Shown: piece by piece, positions 51,600 through 64,000 of the stretch
Layout of the letters: every line of letters starts with the position of its first letter
Position numbering within the stretch: position 1 is the first letter of the stretch
Assembly: GCF_963921235.1 (NCBI RefSeq)
Contig: NC_086108.1
Coordinates: 103,604,001-103,668,000, forward strand
DNA length: 64,000 nucleotides
Source: Mobula hypostoma
Taxonomy: Eukaryota
Reading direction: 5' to 3'
Position numbers and translations under genes: made by a program
The notes under the pieces: generated by a model
What the model was told of the DNA's origin: nothing
Databases searched by the model: none
What the model saw: the letters and a program-made list of their open reading frames with translations, nothing else

Positions 51600-52152
51600 T
51601 GCCACAACAGGTGGGATTTCCCAGTGATTGCCTATTTTTATTCTACTTCCCATTCTGACATGTCATTCCAAGGCCTCCTCTGCAGCAATGTTGAGGCAGA
51701 CCACTCTAAGGTTGGAGGAGAAACACTGCATATTGTCTGGATCGGCTCCAACCTGACAGAATTTCTCCCACGCCAGCCCGCTTACTTATTCCCCATTCTG
51801 GCTCCTTCTTACCCCTTCTCTTCACCTCACCTGACCATCACCTCTCTCCAGTGCACCACCTCCTTTCCTTTTTCCCATGGCCCATTCTCCTCTATCAGAT
51901 TCCTTCTTCTCCTGCCTTTCACGTCCCAGTATCTCACTTAAGCCCCCTGTCCCCACCCACTCACCTTCTTCCTCTTCTGGTTTCACTATGACCTGCCAGC
52001 TTGTACTCCTTCCCCTCCCACCTTCTTATTCTGACTTCTGCCCAATTCCTTTCCAATCCTGATGAAGAGTCTCAGCCAAAACGTCAACTGTTTATTCTTC
52101 TACATCAATGCTGCCCAACATGCTGAGTGGCTCCGGAATTGTTTGTGTTGCT
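51600..52152 (+). mobile_element. Penelope-like 3' fragment (GIY-YIG remnant plus pseudo-LTR), degenerate
   Basis: FYSTSHSDMS..GLL, similar to 44500-44680. Degenerate hammerhead-like ctgatgaagagtctcagccaaaacgtc near 52060. Confidence 0.7.
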
Positions 52153-53099
52153 TATAGCCTCAGTCCTGCCCCTCCAATAAAATGCTGTATGAGTTACTGG
52201 CCATTTTCTAACATCTTCAGTTAGATATCTACAGTTGAGTGGTTTCCCAATCTTGGCAATCCATTCGCAAACATTTTGTCAGGAGAAGATACTATCAGTG
52301 GTGATGAAACATTTGCAAGTGAATTGCCAAGATGACAGAACAACCCAACTCAACCATCAGCCACCTAAGCAACACATTTTCCAAGTTATTTCCAAGATGT
52401 CTACAGTATGTGTAGGATGAATGCCGACAAAGAAGGCTACTTCTCCCAGTTGGCCCACTCATGAGCAGCCTACTGGCCCTAGTAATATTTGGTTGGTTCT
52501 ATGAGGAAGCTACATTGTCTCCATGCCTGTCACTGTACACCAGACACTGAGCTCTGTGGCAGGAAAAGATGAAAATTTCTCCAGTATTTTGTGTGCGTTA
52601 CTTCATTCCCCAGACGCTATTGAGTTCTATAATGCCAATCTCAGCTTGGATATGGCCATCATGAAACTGTTGGAACAAAAGAAAACCCCAGCAAGATCCA
52701 GGCAAGAAAGAGACAACTCCTTTACCTACATAACAAAAACAAACCCAAACACCAAATGAGTACACTACTCTTTTGCTTAAGAAGCTGCAGTACAGTGTTA
52801 TTCTTATTAAATAAATTCCAAAAAGTTATAAGTGCATCCCATTTAGTACATCTTAAACAAGATTATGGAAATACATTCACAAAAGTCAGTGAAAATTTAT
52901 GACAGAGAAGGCAATTTAACCTAACATGTTTCCACAATGGAAAAAGAGTCATCCAATCCGCCCTAGAGCTGGCAGTCGATATCAAACGCACAATGATTCT
53001 CTGCAGTAATTGCTTGACAACCTCGTCATTAAAATGTTTCAAAGCAGAGTGCCAGCACAGTTCCTTCTGGCTCACATAGGATTCTGTCACAGCAACTCT

Positions 53100-53535
53100 G
53101 GAACTGATGGCAATGGTAATGGTTCTGGGCCCGTACTTGCTGGAGTTTAGATGAATAAGGGGGTGAATCTCATTGAAACCAATCAAATATTGAAAGGTCT
53201 GGATAAAGTGGATGTGGAGAGATGCTTCTCATAGTGGTGGAGTCTAGGACCTGAGGGCAAGCCTCAGAATTGAGGGAGGCCCATTTAGAACAGAGAAGAG
53301 GAGGTATTTCTTTTGCCAGATGGTGGTGAATCTGTGGAATGCATTGCCACAGACGGCTGTGGAGGACAAGTCATTGAGTATATTTAAAGCAGAGACTGAC
53401 AGGTTCTTGATTAGTCAGGACAGAAGGCAGAAGAATGGGGTTTAGATGGATAATAAATCAGCCATGAAGGACTGGCGGAGTAGACTCAATGGGCTGAATG
53501 GCCTAATTTTCCTCCCATGTCTTATGATCCTATGA
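53100..53535 (+). mobile_element. CR1 3' fragment
   Basis: CR1 ORF2 C-terminus and 3' UTR (gggctgaatggcctaatt...). Confidence 0.8.
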
Positions 53536-54728
53536 TTGCTACATTCTGACACTATGAGCACCAGTCTGCTTTAAATCAACAATTTGTTGGAGGAACTCAG
53601 TCTTGATACCGGGCTTTGACCTGAAACATTAACAACTCCTTTCTTCCCACATTTTTTATATCAAGATAAATTTTATAATAAAAAAAACTATAAGAATAAA
53701 CTACACAATGCCTTTTCATTTTGACATTCATTGACAATGTATTAAGTAGAATTCTAAGACCAGTTCTTAAAACCAAGAGGACTGTGCTACTCATATGGGT
53801 CCCTGGGGTGGTATACTATTACAATAACTGAGTGTCTTCCTCACCCAACCTGGCTCCTCCCTGTCCAGCAGGAAAAGAACATTATACTGTCATCCTCCCT
53901 CACTGAGCCCTTGCACTGGCTTCAGTGTGTTCTTCAGCAAGTACTCCTGCAGCCAGGAATGCGCCAGTCGGCAGCATTTCCAAGGACATCTCAATGTGTG
54001 GGCAGACCAAAGGGCTGCTTTTACTGAGCTGATGATCTTCCAGCAGCACTTGACGTCCATCTCAGTGTGTCTCTGGGAACAGCCCATAGATCGGAGAGTC
54101 TTCTGGCACACAACTGCATGGGATGAACCATGAATCAGACCCTTGCATCTTCCTCCACATCCTCTTCTCATTGATGCTGCTCAACTCTCCGTCATATTGC
54201 TTGTTGCTCCAGATTCCAACATTTGCAGTCTAGTGTCTCCAGACATGGCCAATTTACCGCATGGACATTTGCAACTCCAGATGCAGCAGAGAATGTAGGT
54301 GGAATGTAACAGCTCATCCAATAGTTATTGCAATCTGCTCATATTTCCAATCATTACTTACTCCCATTTTTTGGCTTGCCCTTCTCCTTCAAAGGACGCT
54401 AAGTCAAAAGAAACTACCTTCGTTGAACAATATCTTTCTCTCACCTGGTTTAACCTATCACCTGGCAGATTATGCTCCTTCCTCTCCCCCCACCCCACTT
54501 TCTAATTCTGGCTTCTTCCCCCTTCCTTTCCAGTTGGCCCAAAACACCGACTGTTTATTCCCTTCCATGGATGCTGCCTAACCTGTTGAGTTCCTTCAAC
54601 ATTCTGGATTTCCAGCATCTACAGAATCTCTTATGTTTATCTTCTCTACCCAGCTGTGATATGTTCCAAAATTATGCACTCCACATAACAAAACTAAAAG
54701 CAGGAATGACAACTGTAAGGAAACTTAC

Positions 54729-54842
54729 CGATTTTTGTGCCATATTTCTGCCATTAGTTTCTGGTAACTTTTTGACAGAGCTGGTTTCTTGTCGGTCTGC
54801 ACCAAGCCTCCACACTCAAGGAAAAACAGAGTTAAAGGTGGG
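54729..54842 (-). CDS. USP33: USP33 exon ([38 protein letters not shown])
   Basis: Acceptor ttccccag, donor CG|gtaagt, 114 nt, phase 2/2. Matches USP33/USP20 catalytic domain. Confidence 0.95.
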
Positions 54843-54946
54843 CTGGGGAAGAAATAATAAATGAAAGGTGACATTGTATAAAATTGACCTTCAGAAGGAA
54901 AGCCCTAATACCTGTTGCTGTTGAGTGCCATTGAGTCATTGTCGAC

Positions 54947-55772
54947 TCATTTCATTTTTAAATCTTTTTTATTAATTATTATTGAAAATCAACAAAAAAA
55001 ACCTTAAAGTAATCAAGTCAACATACCAATAAGAGTTAAACTATCAACCAAGCTAAACAATATATCAATAATAATAAGGAAAAACATAATATTAAAGCTA
55101 TTTTTTGGGAAAAAAGTAAGAAGGAAAAAAGAACCCCTACTAACTAAACAAAAAAAACCTTACTAACAAAAAAGAAGTGAAAAAGAAAAACCCATTGGGA
55201 GCACAAACCCGGAGCTATATTCCATACAAGCTTCCATAAAAGACAGACATCAATCCGCCAACCAAATCCATTTACCCAAGAATCAGAAGGGGACCATCTT
55301 AATTAACTCAAATCAAATGATAGTAGCAGGCAAAAGAGCCTCACCTTTTCTCAAAGTCAAATCAAGGATCAAAAGTTTCGACTTCTGATTTTCTCCAAAC
55401 TAAGACATAACATCTCCTGAGAGAACTATTGTATCAAAGTGGGAGCAGAGGCATCTTTCCATTTTAATAAATAGCCCTTCTGGCCAATAATGTGACAAAT
55501 GCAATTACATGTTGGTCTGATATAGAAATATCGTGAATATATTGAGGGATTATACCGAACAAAACTGTCAGTTTATTAGGTTGTAAATTAATTTTTAAAG
55601 CTTTAGAAATTGTAGAGAAAATAGATTTCCAAAACTGTTTAAATACAGAACACGACCAAAACATATGTCAATGTAGCTGTCTCAGTTTTACAGCTATCAT
55701 ACTGACTATCAACATTAGGAAATATTTTAGACAGTCTCTCCTTTGTCAAATAATAACGATGTACAATTTTAA
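54947..55772 (-). mobile_element. L1-clade LINE 3' fragment
   Basis: QFKIVHRYYLTKERLSKIFP...CKTETATL / MFWSC...FW (L1 ORF2 C-terminal cysteine-rich region). T-rich 3' UTR with AATAAA. 17-bp TSD attgagtcat(t/c)gtcgac at 54930-54946 and 55773-55789. Confidence 0.85.
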
Positions 55773-57760
55773 ATTGAGTCATCGTCGACAGTGTAGTTGT
55801 CCATAGGGTTTTCATGGCAAGATATGGAAGTAGATTGCCAGGCCTTTCTTCTGCAAATACCTATACTTCCCAAATACCATCTCCTTTATCACGCAAGAAA
55901 GTTCGTACTTAAACACCACTTGGTATCTCCTTATGCTTCCATTCCTGGGAGCAATTTCCCAGGCACCTATTATTCTTGCACCACACATCTTTAGAATTTC
56001 CCGTCTCACCTTAAAGCTCTGTCCGCTGGTATTTTTACTCTGAAGAAAAGATTCTGACAGGCTATCTGATCAATACCAATCATAATTTTATAAACTTCTA
56101 TCAGGTGTCCTTTCAGTCTCTGATTCACCAGGGAAAAAAAAATCTTTGATTCCCATTCCAAGTATATGGAACATTACAGCACAAAACAGGCCTTTTGGCC
56201 CATGATGTTGTGCAGACCTTTTAGCTTTATTCTAAAATCAATCTAATCCTTCCCTCCTACATAGCCCTTCATTATGCCTATCTAAGAGCTTCTTAAATGC
56301 CCCTAATGTGTCTGCCTCTACCACTACACCTGGCAGGGTGTTCTATGCACCCACCACTCTTAAAAAAAACCTCTGACATTCAATCATCTTAAAATTATGC
56401 CCCTTCATATTAGCCATTTCCACCTTGCGGAAAAGTCTCTGGATACATTATAACCCGTGTACACTACCTCACTATTTTTTCACTCTGTTTGCATGGCATA
56501 CTTAATTTTAATTTTATGTAAAATACAGATATAATTTATATCTCATTCTCCTTCACTCCAAAGAGAAAAGCCCCATCTTGTTCAACCTATCTTCATAAAA
56601 CATGCCCTCGAGTCCTGGTAAATCTCCTTTGCACCCTATGTAGATATAACATTGTTACTCCTTTAATGAGGCTGCATCAAAACTTGCAGGAATTTGTTAC
56701 TAAACACCAGGGGTGACAGCAGCTTCAGGACAAGGGCTTAAACAGTTCAAGGAGGCCAAACATCAACTCGGAGAATGCAAAAGTAAAACACACCCTTCAC
56801 TAGTAACATGACGGAAATGGCACTGTTTTGCCAAGTACATTCCCCAAGAAACCATATGATTAACAGTACAAAGCTTAAAAAGAAAAAAAAATCAGTCGGA
56901 GTTCCTCCAGCATTTTGTGTGTTTTGCCTTGGATTTTCAGCACCTGCAGATGTTTTTGTCTAAGTATTACTTGAAAAGTAATACACAAGAAAATGTAAGT
57001 ATTACTTGAAGGTGGAACTGCAACTTAGAAATGCTTCTAACTTCCCCATCATCCTCTGAATATGCTGACTCTGAGCCAAATAATTGCTCTTTACGATGAA
57101 GGATGAAGCCCATGAACAGTTTCAAGCCCAGCGGTGAAAGGAGGAGAGTTGGGTACCAGGCTAGCAAACTCATCCTGCAAAAATCCAGAGCTACAGAAGT
57201 GGCAAGTGAAGTTCCAAAGACTTCATCCCTGGGAAAGGAAGAGTCTTCACCTGGAAGACACATGAAGTCATGTGGCAAAAGCAGGTGCCACAGAGCCACT
57301 CAAGCATCTATCGACCCAGGACAGAGAACTCTGGTGAACTACTCCTGGCAGCCTATGCCCCAGTAGGGGCGATAGGCTTAAAAAGAAGATAATGGTGATG
57401 ATGGAATAAGCAGAAATATTCACCAAAAGGGGAAAATGACAATTCAGCCTAACCCTATTCTCACTGGAATTTCAGATAGCATTCTCAGGCATCCCAATCC
57501 AGAGCAGCACTACTTGGTAGGCTAGAAGAAATGAAGTCAAAATGCTCCCTCTCTTGAAGCAGCTACCATTGAAATTAACTTGCTCAGAACAGATTGGGAA
57601 CTGAGGTCAATTCCCTCTGCTCTAGTTAGACCCAAGTTTTAACCAGAGCAACATCGAAAGTAGTTTAAATGAGAAAAATACAATAAGAAACACTGAATTA
57701 AATTCAAATAGTAAGTTAGATTATTAACCCAAGGAAAAGGAATATGCATGAAATGTATTA

Positions 57761-57874
<114 letters not shown>

Positions 57875-58057
57875 TTAAAATCCACACCTCTTAAAATACA
57901 ACACACATCCGCATGAATAGAAATGGAAGCTGGTGATCACTTCAGCCTGTCTCGCTTCAATATGTGCTTTATAGTTTTAAAACAATTGCTTTAACTTTCC
58001 CCAGACAGAGGAGTATTAACAGCTAAACAAAAAAATCAGCCACTTTGAACATCAGAC

Positions 58058-58151
58058 CTCTTGACTTGATATCATCATATTCAGCTTCTGCATCTAGATA
58101 AGTTCCCATTATTGTCTTGCGGTCCTTTGTTGACTGCTCAGGAGACAGGTC
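58058..58151 (-). CDS. USP33: USP33 internal exon (DLSPEQSTKDRKTIMGTYLDAEAEYDDIKSR-G)
   Basis: Acceptor ttccag|GAC, donor AGAG|gtctga, 94 nt, phase 0/1. Acidic linker that joins in frame to GLTGL of the next exon. Confidence 0.85.
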
Positions 58152-58420
58152 CTGGAATACAAATGCACAGAAGAGTATGAGAAAAGTCACGTACAACTTG
58201 GACACAACTTGCATCTGTCCATTACAAGATACACACAGGAATGTGAATATGCAATAAACCACTATTCCTTTAGTATTTCCATCCATTAACAAAGAACAGA
58301 GAACACTACAACACAGAACAGGCCTCCGGCTCACGATGTTGTGCTGGACATCTTAGCTACTTTATAAAACGCTAGTTAGGCCACATCTGAAGGATTGCAT
58401 ACAGTCTGGTTGCCCCATTC

Positions 58421-58986
58421 AATAGACAATAGGTGCAGGAGTAGGCCATTCGGCCCTTCGAGCCAGCACCATCATTCACTGTGATCATGGCTGATCATCC
58501 ACAATCAGTATCCAGTTTCTGCCTTATCCCCATAACCTTTGATTCTGCTATCTTTAAGAGCTCAATCCATCTCTTTCTTGAAAGCATCCAGAGACTTGGC
58601 CTCCACAGCCTTCTGGGGCAGAGCATTCCATATATCCACCACTCTCTGGGTGAAAAAGTTTTTCCTCAGCTCCGTTCTAAATGGCCTACCCCTTATTCTT
58701 AAACTGTGGCCTCTGGTTCTGGACTCACCCATCAGCGGGAACATGCTTCCTGCCTGCAGCGTGTCCAATCCCTTAATAATCTTATATGTTTCAATAAGAT
58801 CCCCTCTCAGCCTTCTAAATTCCAGAGTATACAAGCCCAGTTGCTCCAATCTTTCAACATATGACAGTCCCGCCATCTCGGGAATTAACCTTGTGAACCT
58901 ACGCTGCACTTCCTCAATAGCAAGAATGTCCTTCCTCAAATTTGGAGACCAAAACTGCACACAGTACTCCAGGTGTGGTTTCACCA
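58421..58986 (-). mobile_element. CR1 3' fragment nested in an opposite-strand CR1 fragment (58360-59520)
   Basis: LVKPHLEYCVQFWSP...FFTQRVVDIWNALP on the minus strand. Plus-strand ERVQRRFTRILPGL resumes near 59000. Confidence 0.88.
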
Positions 58987-60412
58987 GCGCCCACACTAGG
59001 CCCATTCTAGGGAAAATGTCTTGGCTTCAGAGAGGGTGCAGAGGAGGTTTACCAGGATATTGCCTGGACTAGAGGGCATGTGGTATAATGAGAGGTTGGA
59101 CAAACTTGGGTTGTTTTCTCTGCAGCAATGGAGGCTGAGGGGAGATCTGATAGAAGTTTATAAGATTACGAGAGGCATAGATAGAGTAGACAGGCAATAC
59201 ATTTTTCCAAGGGTTGAAATGTCTAATGCCAGAGGGATTTAAGGTGAGAGGGGATAATTTCAAAGGAAATGTGAGGAGCAAGTTTTTGAGACTGAAAATG
59301 GTTGGTTGGTGCCTCAAATGCACTGCCTGGGGTGGTGGCAGAGGCAGAAACATTAGGAATTTTTAAGAGACTTTTAGATACACACATGAATGTGAGGAAG
59401 ATGGAGGGATATGGACATTCTATAAGTAGGAGGGGTTTTGATTTACTTTTTAGCTGATTTGGCACAGCATTGTGGGCCAAAGGGTCTGGTCCTGTGCTGT
59501 ACTGTTCTATGTTCTACATTCTAAGACCAATCTAACCCTTCCCTCCTACGTAGCCTTCCATTTTTCTATCACCCATGAGCCCATCTAAGAATTTCTGAAA
59601 TGCCCCTAATTATGTATCAGCTTCTAGCAGCAGCCCTGGCAGGGTGTTCCACAACCCCCACCGCCACTCACAGTGTAAAGAAAACTTACCTCTGACATCC
59701 CTCCCCCCAACACTTTCCTCCAAACACCTTAAAATTATGCCCCCTGGTGTTTGGCATTTCTGCCCCGGGAAAAAGTCTCTGGCTATCTACCCAATCTGCC
59801 TCTTATCATCTTATTTACCTCTCATCCTCCTATGCTCCAAGAGAGAAGCTCTAGCTCACTCCACCTTTCTAATTAGACATACTTTCTGATCCAGACAGTA
59901 TCCTGATAAATTTTCTCTGCACCCTTTCTAAAGGTTCCACATCCTCCAATAATGAAGCAACCAGAACTGAACATAAAATTCCAAATGTGGCTGAAGCAGG
60001 GTTTTATAGCGCTGCAACATTACCTTACGATTATTGAACTTAATTCCCCTGACTATTGAAAGCCAAGGTATCATATGCCATATTGTTTAGCATTTATCAA
60101 AGATCTTATTTAAAGGATTTTTACTTTAAATGGGAAAACTATACTTTCTACACTTCAGAAAATATAGAAAATATATTAGTTTCAGCAATATTCATATAAT
60201 TTTTAGAACCACTTCACCAACTTACTAAAAAAGGATCTTAGATGTCAACAATGTTGATTATGGAGTGTCTGAACCACAATGCTTTCATCGGCTTTACACT
60301 TGAATCTTTACCTGAGGGCATGACCCAACACCAAGGAGCAATCATCCCACCTGCAAACTCAAAAGGCTCATCAAGAAGGGTGTGTGGCACTACCACTTCC
60401 CTGTCCAACTTA

Positions 60413-60959
60413 CGCTCAGCGGCCACCTTGTTAGGTACACTTGTACATTGATGCAAATACCTAATCAGCGAATTATCAACTCAATCCATAAAAGCATGCA
60501 GACATGAGGTTCTGTTGATGTTCAGACTAAACACCAGAATGGGGAAGAAATGTAAACTAAATGACTTTGACCATTGAATGATTGATGGTGCCAGATAGGA
60601 TGGTTGATTATCTCAGAAACTGCTGTTCTCCTGGGATTTTCATGCACGACAGCCTCTAGAGTTTACAGAGAATGGTGCAGAAAAGAAAAAAAAATCAGTG
60701 AACAGCACTCTGTGTTTGAAAATGTCTTGTTCATGAGAGAGGTCAGGGGAGAATGGCCAGACTGGTTCAAGATCACAAGAAGGTGACAGTAACTCTTAAT
60801 AACCATGTATTACAACAGTGGTGTGCAGAAGAGCATCCTTGAATTCACAACATGTTAAACCTTGAAGTGGATGGGCTACAGCAGCAGAAGACCATGGACA
60901 TACACTCAGTGGCCACTTTGTTAGGTTCAGAAGGTACCAAGCAACATGGCCACTGAGTG
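60413..60959 (+). mobile_element. Tc1-family non-autonomous element (second copy)
   Basis: TA-flanked, with the same TIR and ISETAVLLGFSCTTASRVYREWC remnant as 9238-9800. Confidence 0.85.
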
Positions 60960-61599
60960 TATGTGAAACTCCAATGCAGCACTGTGGGCTGTCAATGTTC
61001 TCTGCACAGCATGAAACTCAGTTGCACCTCATTAACACCACCTTCTCCAGAACAGTGAGTAGCAGAACCTGAACCACACCATTCCACATAGAATAACAAG
61101 TAGAATGTTGCTATAACAGACAGTATTGAATGAAAAGCTTTCCCTTCTTTACCTCATAATATTTATTGGTCAATGACATTATTGGTGTAGGACAAACATG
61201 CTTCAAGAGCTGCAGACATTTGGGGTGGCACTCTAGCTTTACTGGGCCATCTCCCTGGGTTCAATTCTTGCCACTGTCTGCTTCATGTGAGTTTCCTTCC
61301 ACATTCAAAACATCTTTGGGTTAGTAGGTTAGTTGGTCACATGGGTGTAATTGGACATCACGGGCTCATGGGACAGAAGGGCCTGTTACTGCACAGTATC
61401 TCTAAATTTAAAAAATATACTTCAGTAAGTTCTTCTAATCTCCGCTAATTTCGAATTGATTTATTATTATTACATTCACCGAGATACATTGGAAAGTTTT
61501 GCTTGCAAACCATCCATACAGATAATTCCATCCATACACAGGTGGTACAGAAACAAAGTCAGTCCTGTCAAGGTGGTCAGATGAAGTCCACATGCCTAC

Positions 61600-61740
61600 C
61601 TGGCTTTCAGGAACCTGAAGTATTCTCCCATTTTGCACTGGAGGGGGTCCAAGCTTCCGATCCAGAAAGACTTCTTTGCTACATGCGTAACACCAGACTC
61701 GCAAGGTGGTGAGGTTTACAGTGAGATTGTGCATGGTTTC
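61600..61740 (-). CDS. USP33: USP33 internal exon, C-terminal part of ZnF-UBP domain ([31 protein letters not shown]...PESQ)
   Basis: Peptide matches vertebrate USP33 ([26 protein letters not shown]). Acceptor ttttgcag, donor CAG|gtaggc, 141 nt, phase 0/0. Confidence 0.93.
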
Positions 61741-62822
61741 CTGCAAAAAATGGGAGCAGTGAGTTTCAATGCAGCTTCTAATTTGAAGAAGTTAAAATTC
61801 TATACAAATGCTGAGATCCAATGTAGTCCTTTAAGCTGTCTCAGCAAGCAAAAACCAATGGGTAATCACTTGGTCTAACAGGGGTTCCCAACCTGGGAAC
61901 AACCTTGCTTAATAATTTTGGTTCATGGCATAAAACAGGTCAGGAACCCCTGGTCTACAGGAAGCCCGTGCACAGTGAATCTGTGCTTCCAAATGAGAAG
62001 ATCTTGTTTCTCCAGTTTATAAACCTACCAACACTACCTCACTATTTTGTTCTCTTTCTGCAGGTTTTTTTAAAAATAAGTTTCTTATTGGAACTTATAG
62101 TATTTTTTAATGTATTGCACTCTGCTGCTGCCACAAAAACAAACAACAAATTTCATGAGTATCAGTGAAAATAAACACGATTCTGATTAAGGATGCAAAT
62201 CTACTTCTGCCTATTTCTGGTTCCCCGAACTTGCACTGCCCATTTAAGTCGGTCGTACAAATCTCCCACAGTGAGGCTATGGTTTACTTGCCCAAAACAG
62301 AACCCTGGCTTCCCAAAACTAATGCATGGATAAGTTTCACAGAGAGAGGACAGTTGCACAGACATCGAACAGAGTGGTTTGATGCTAAAGGGAACTGTAA
62401 CATTACTCTATGTTGTTCTGCTGAATATTGTGAGTATCCTATGTTAGCACAGGAATGTACGACAACACTTGTGGGCAGCCCCCAGCACACCCTTAGGTTA
62501 TCTTGGTTGTGAACACAAATGGTGTATTTCACTGTATATTTTAATATACACATGACAAGTAAATTTGAATCTTGTTTAATTTACTGGACTTGTTCACAGA
62601 GCATAAAACTACAAGCATAACAAAAGTTTGAATTTAAATTCAGCTAACTAAATCAATTTGGATTTCTTCCCCTCCACTCCCCACAGAAAACACTAATCAC
62701 GTCAATATGACCACAGACCTACCAGTTTATTGCAAATTCCCACCTGGTTTACCAATATCCTCAACTGAAAGAAATCTGCCTCCCTCACTTTACCAGGCCT
62801 AGAGGGAACCCCAGAACCATTA

Positions 62823-63132
62823 AAGGCATCAGTTAGTCTTGCGAGACCATGGATCTGCGCCTGGAAAGTCTTCACTCTCCAGGGCGCAGGCCTGGGCAAG
62901 ATTGTATGGAAGACCAGCAGTTGCCCATGCTGCAAGTCTCCCCTCTCCACGACACCAATGTTGTCCAAGGGAAGGGCATTAGGACCCATACAGCTTGGCA
63001 CCAGTGTTGTCGCAGAGCAATGTGTGATTAAGTGCCTTGCTCAAGGATACAACTCATGTTGCCTCGGCTGGGGCTTGAACTCACGACCTTCAGGTCGCTA
63101 GTCCAAATGCCTTAACCACTTGGCCACGTACC
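62823..63132 (-). mobile_element. tRNA-derived SINE (copy 2)
   Basis: TGGCCAAGTGG and GTTCAAGCC boxes. Similar along its whole length to 4068-4368. Confidence 0.85.
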
Positions 63133-64000
63133 CACACCACCAATGTGGTTAACTGCCTGCAACGGGGGCGGGGGCAGAAATGCTGGGAGTACGAGATATA
63201 AAGCTTAACATTTACTGAAAATATGGAATAAGAATGGAATTCTGAAAATACTAAATAGATCTGGTAATCTTTCTCTCCCTATTGATTCTGAGTTAATGTT
63301 ACATGAGGATGATCTTAGATTAGAACTGACACAGACAGAAACAGCTGGTTACCTGAAACTGTTAAATACATTACTTCCTGAATAGAAAATGAGGTGTCGT
63401 TTCAATACTGTATTCTGAAAGAACCTGTATACCCCTATAATATTACTCACTTCTTCTCCTCTCCAGAAAACAAAGGTGTTATTTCCTGAGCTTACGTTGA
63501 CCAAAGACAGTTTTGAGTGGGAGTGAGATACAAAATTAGTGAAATACAATTGAAAGCTCAGTCACCACTGTGAACTGAATTGAGATGTGTTGTAAGGTGG
63601 TTAACCAATCACCTTGAGACTGCTCCAAATTTGTCCATATAAGCTCCAAAAGAGTGCCCCATTTCCTGTTGATGTCTTCAACAATGAATTCAAAAATTTC
63701 AAATAACCAGCCATCCTTATCTGTGGCCAGTTCCGGAGAATCCCATATAATATTAACTAACTATTTTCTCTACAGAGTTGCTAACCAACCTGCTTCCAGC
63801 ATTCTCTTTTTGTTTCATACTTCTCACAACTGTTGTGTTCTGCAAATTATTACATTTGTTTCTCTCTACTCCTCCCATTCATTTCCCTCCATTTACACAC
63901 CTCCAAAAACATCAGTTTTGATTAGCACGTATTCATCATCCTCTCTTAGACATGCATCACCTGGTCAATCTTGGTATGTGTCTTGTCACACACACACTTC

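Noticed and set aside
61741..64000. Upstream USP33 exon (GCGE...DHS motif)
   Set aside because: No matching coding sequence was found by eye, so it presumably lies beyond the right edge of the window.

Overview
Eukaryotic, vertebrate DNA. The repeat landscape (HE1/V-type SINEs, abundant CR1, Rex1/Babar, Penelope-like hairpins) suggests a cartilaginous fish, probably a ray; this is an inference. The whole window lies inside one minus-strand gene, the deubiquitinase USP33. I can place 12 internal coding exons with phase-consistent AG/GT boundaries, running from the ZnF-UBP region at 61.7 kb through the catalytic Cys box to ...KFCKVLMLPE at 3.4 kb. The first and last exons lie outside the window. 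The introns are packed with nested mobile elements: CR1, Rex1/Babar, RTE and L1 LINEs, tRNA-derived SINEs, Tc1 and Tigger DNA transposons, Penelope-like elements and one Gypsy-type LTR element. Most notable: (1) the LTR element (5627-8444; LTRs, PBS, PPT, 5-bp TSD) has lost most of pol and instead carries a degenerate, intron-less fragment of the host splicing-factor gene RBM25 (RRM region), consistent with LTR-mediated host mRNA capture; (2) a Penelope-like insertion with a 14-bp TSD retains an intact minimal hammerhead-ribozyme core; (3) a block reads almost like the human MER2/Tigger transposon as I recall it; (4) a repeated truncated Tc1 element has a right end supplied by a tiny palindromic TIR-only element. 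Homology calls come from recalled sequences, not searches, and TE boundaries without a TSD are approximate.
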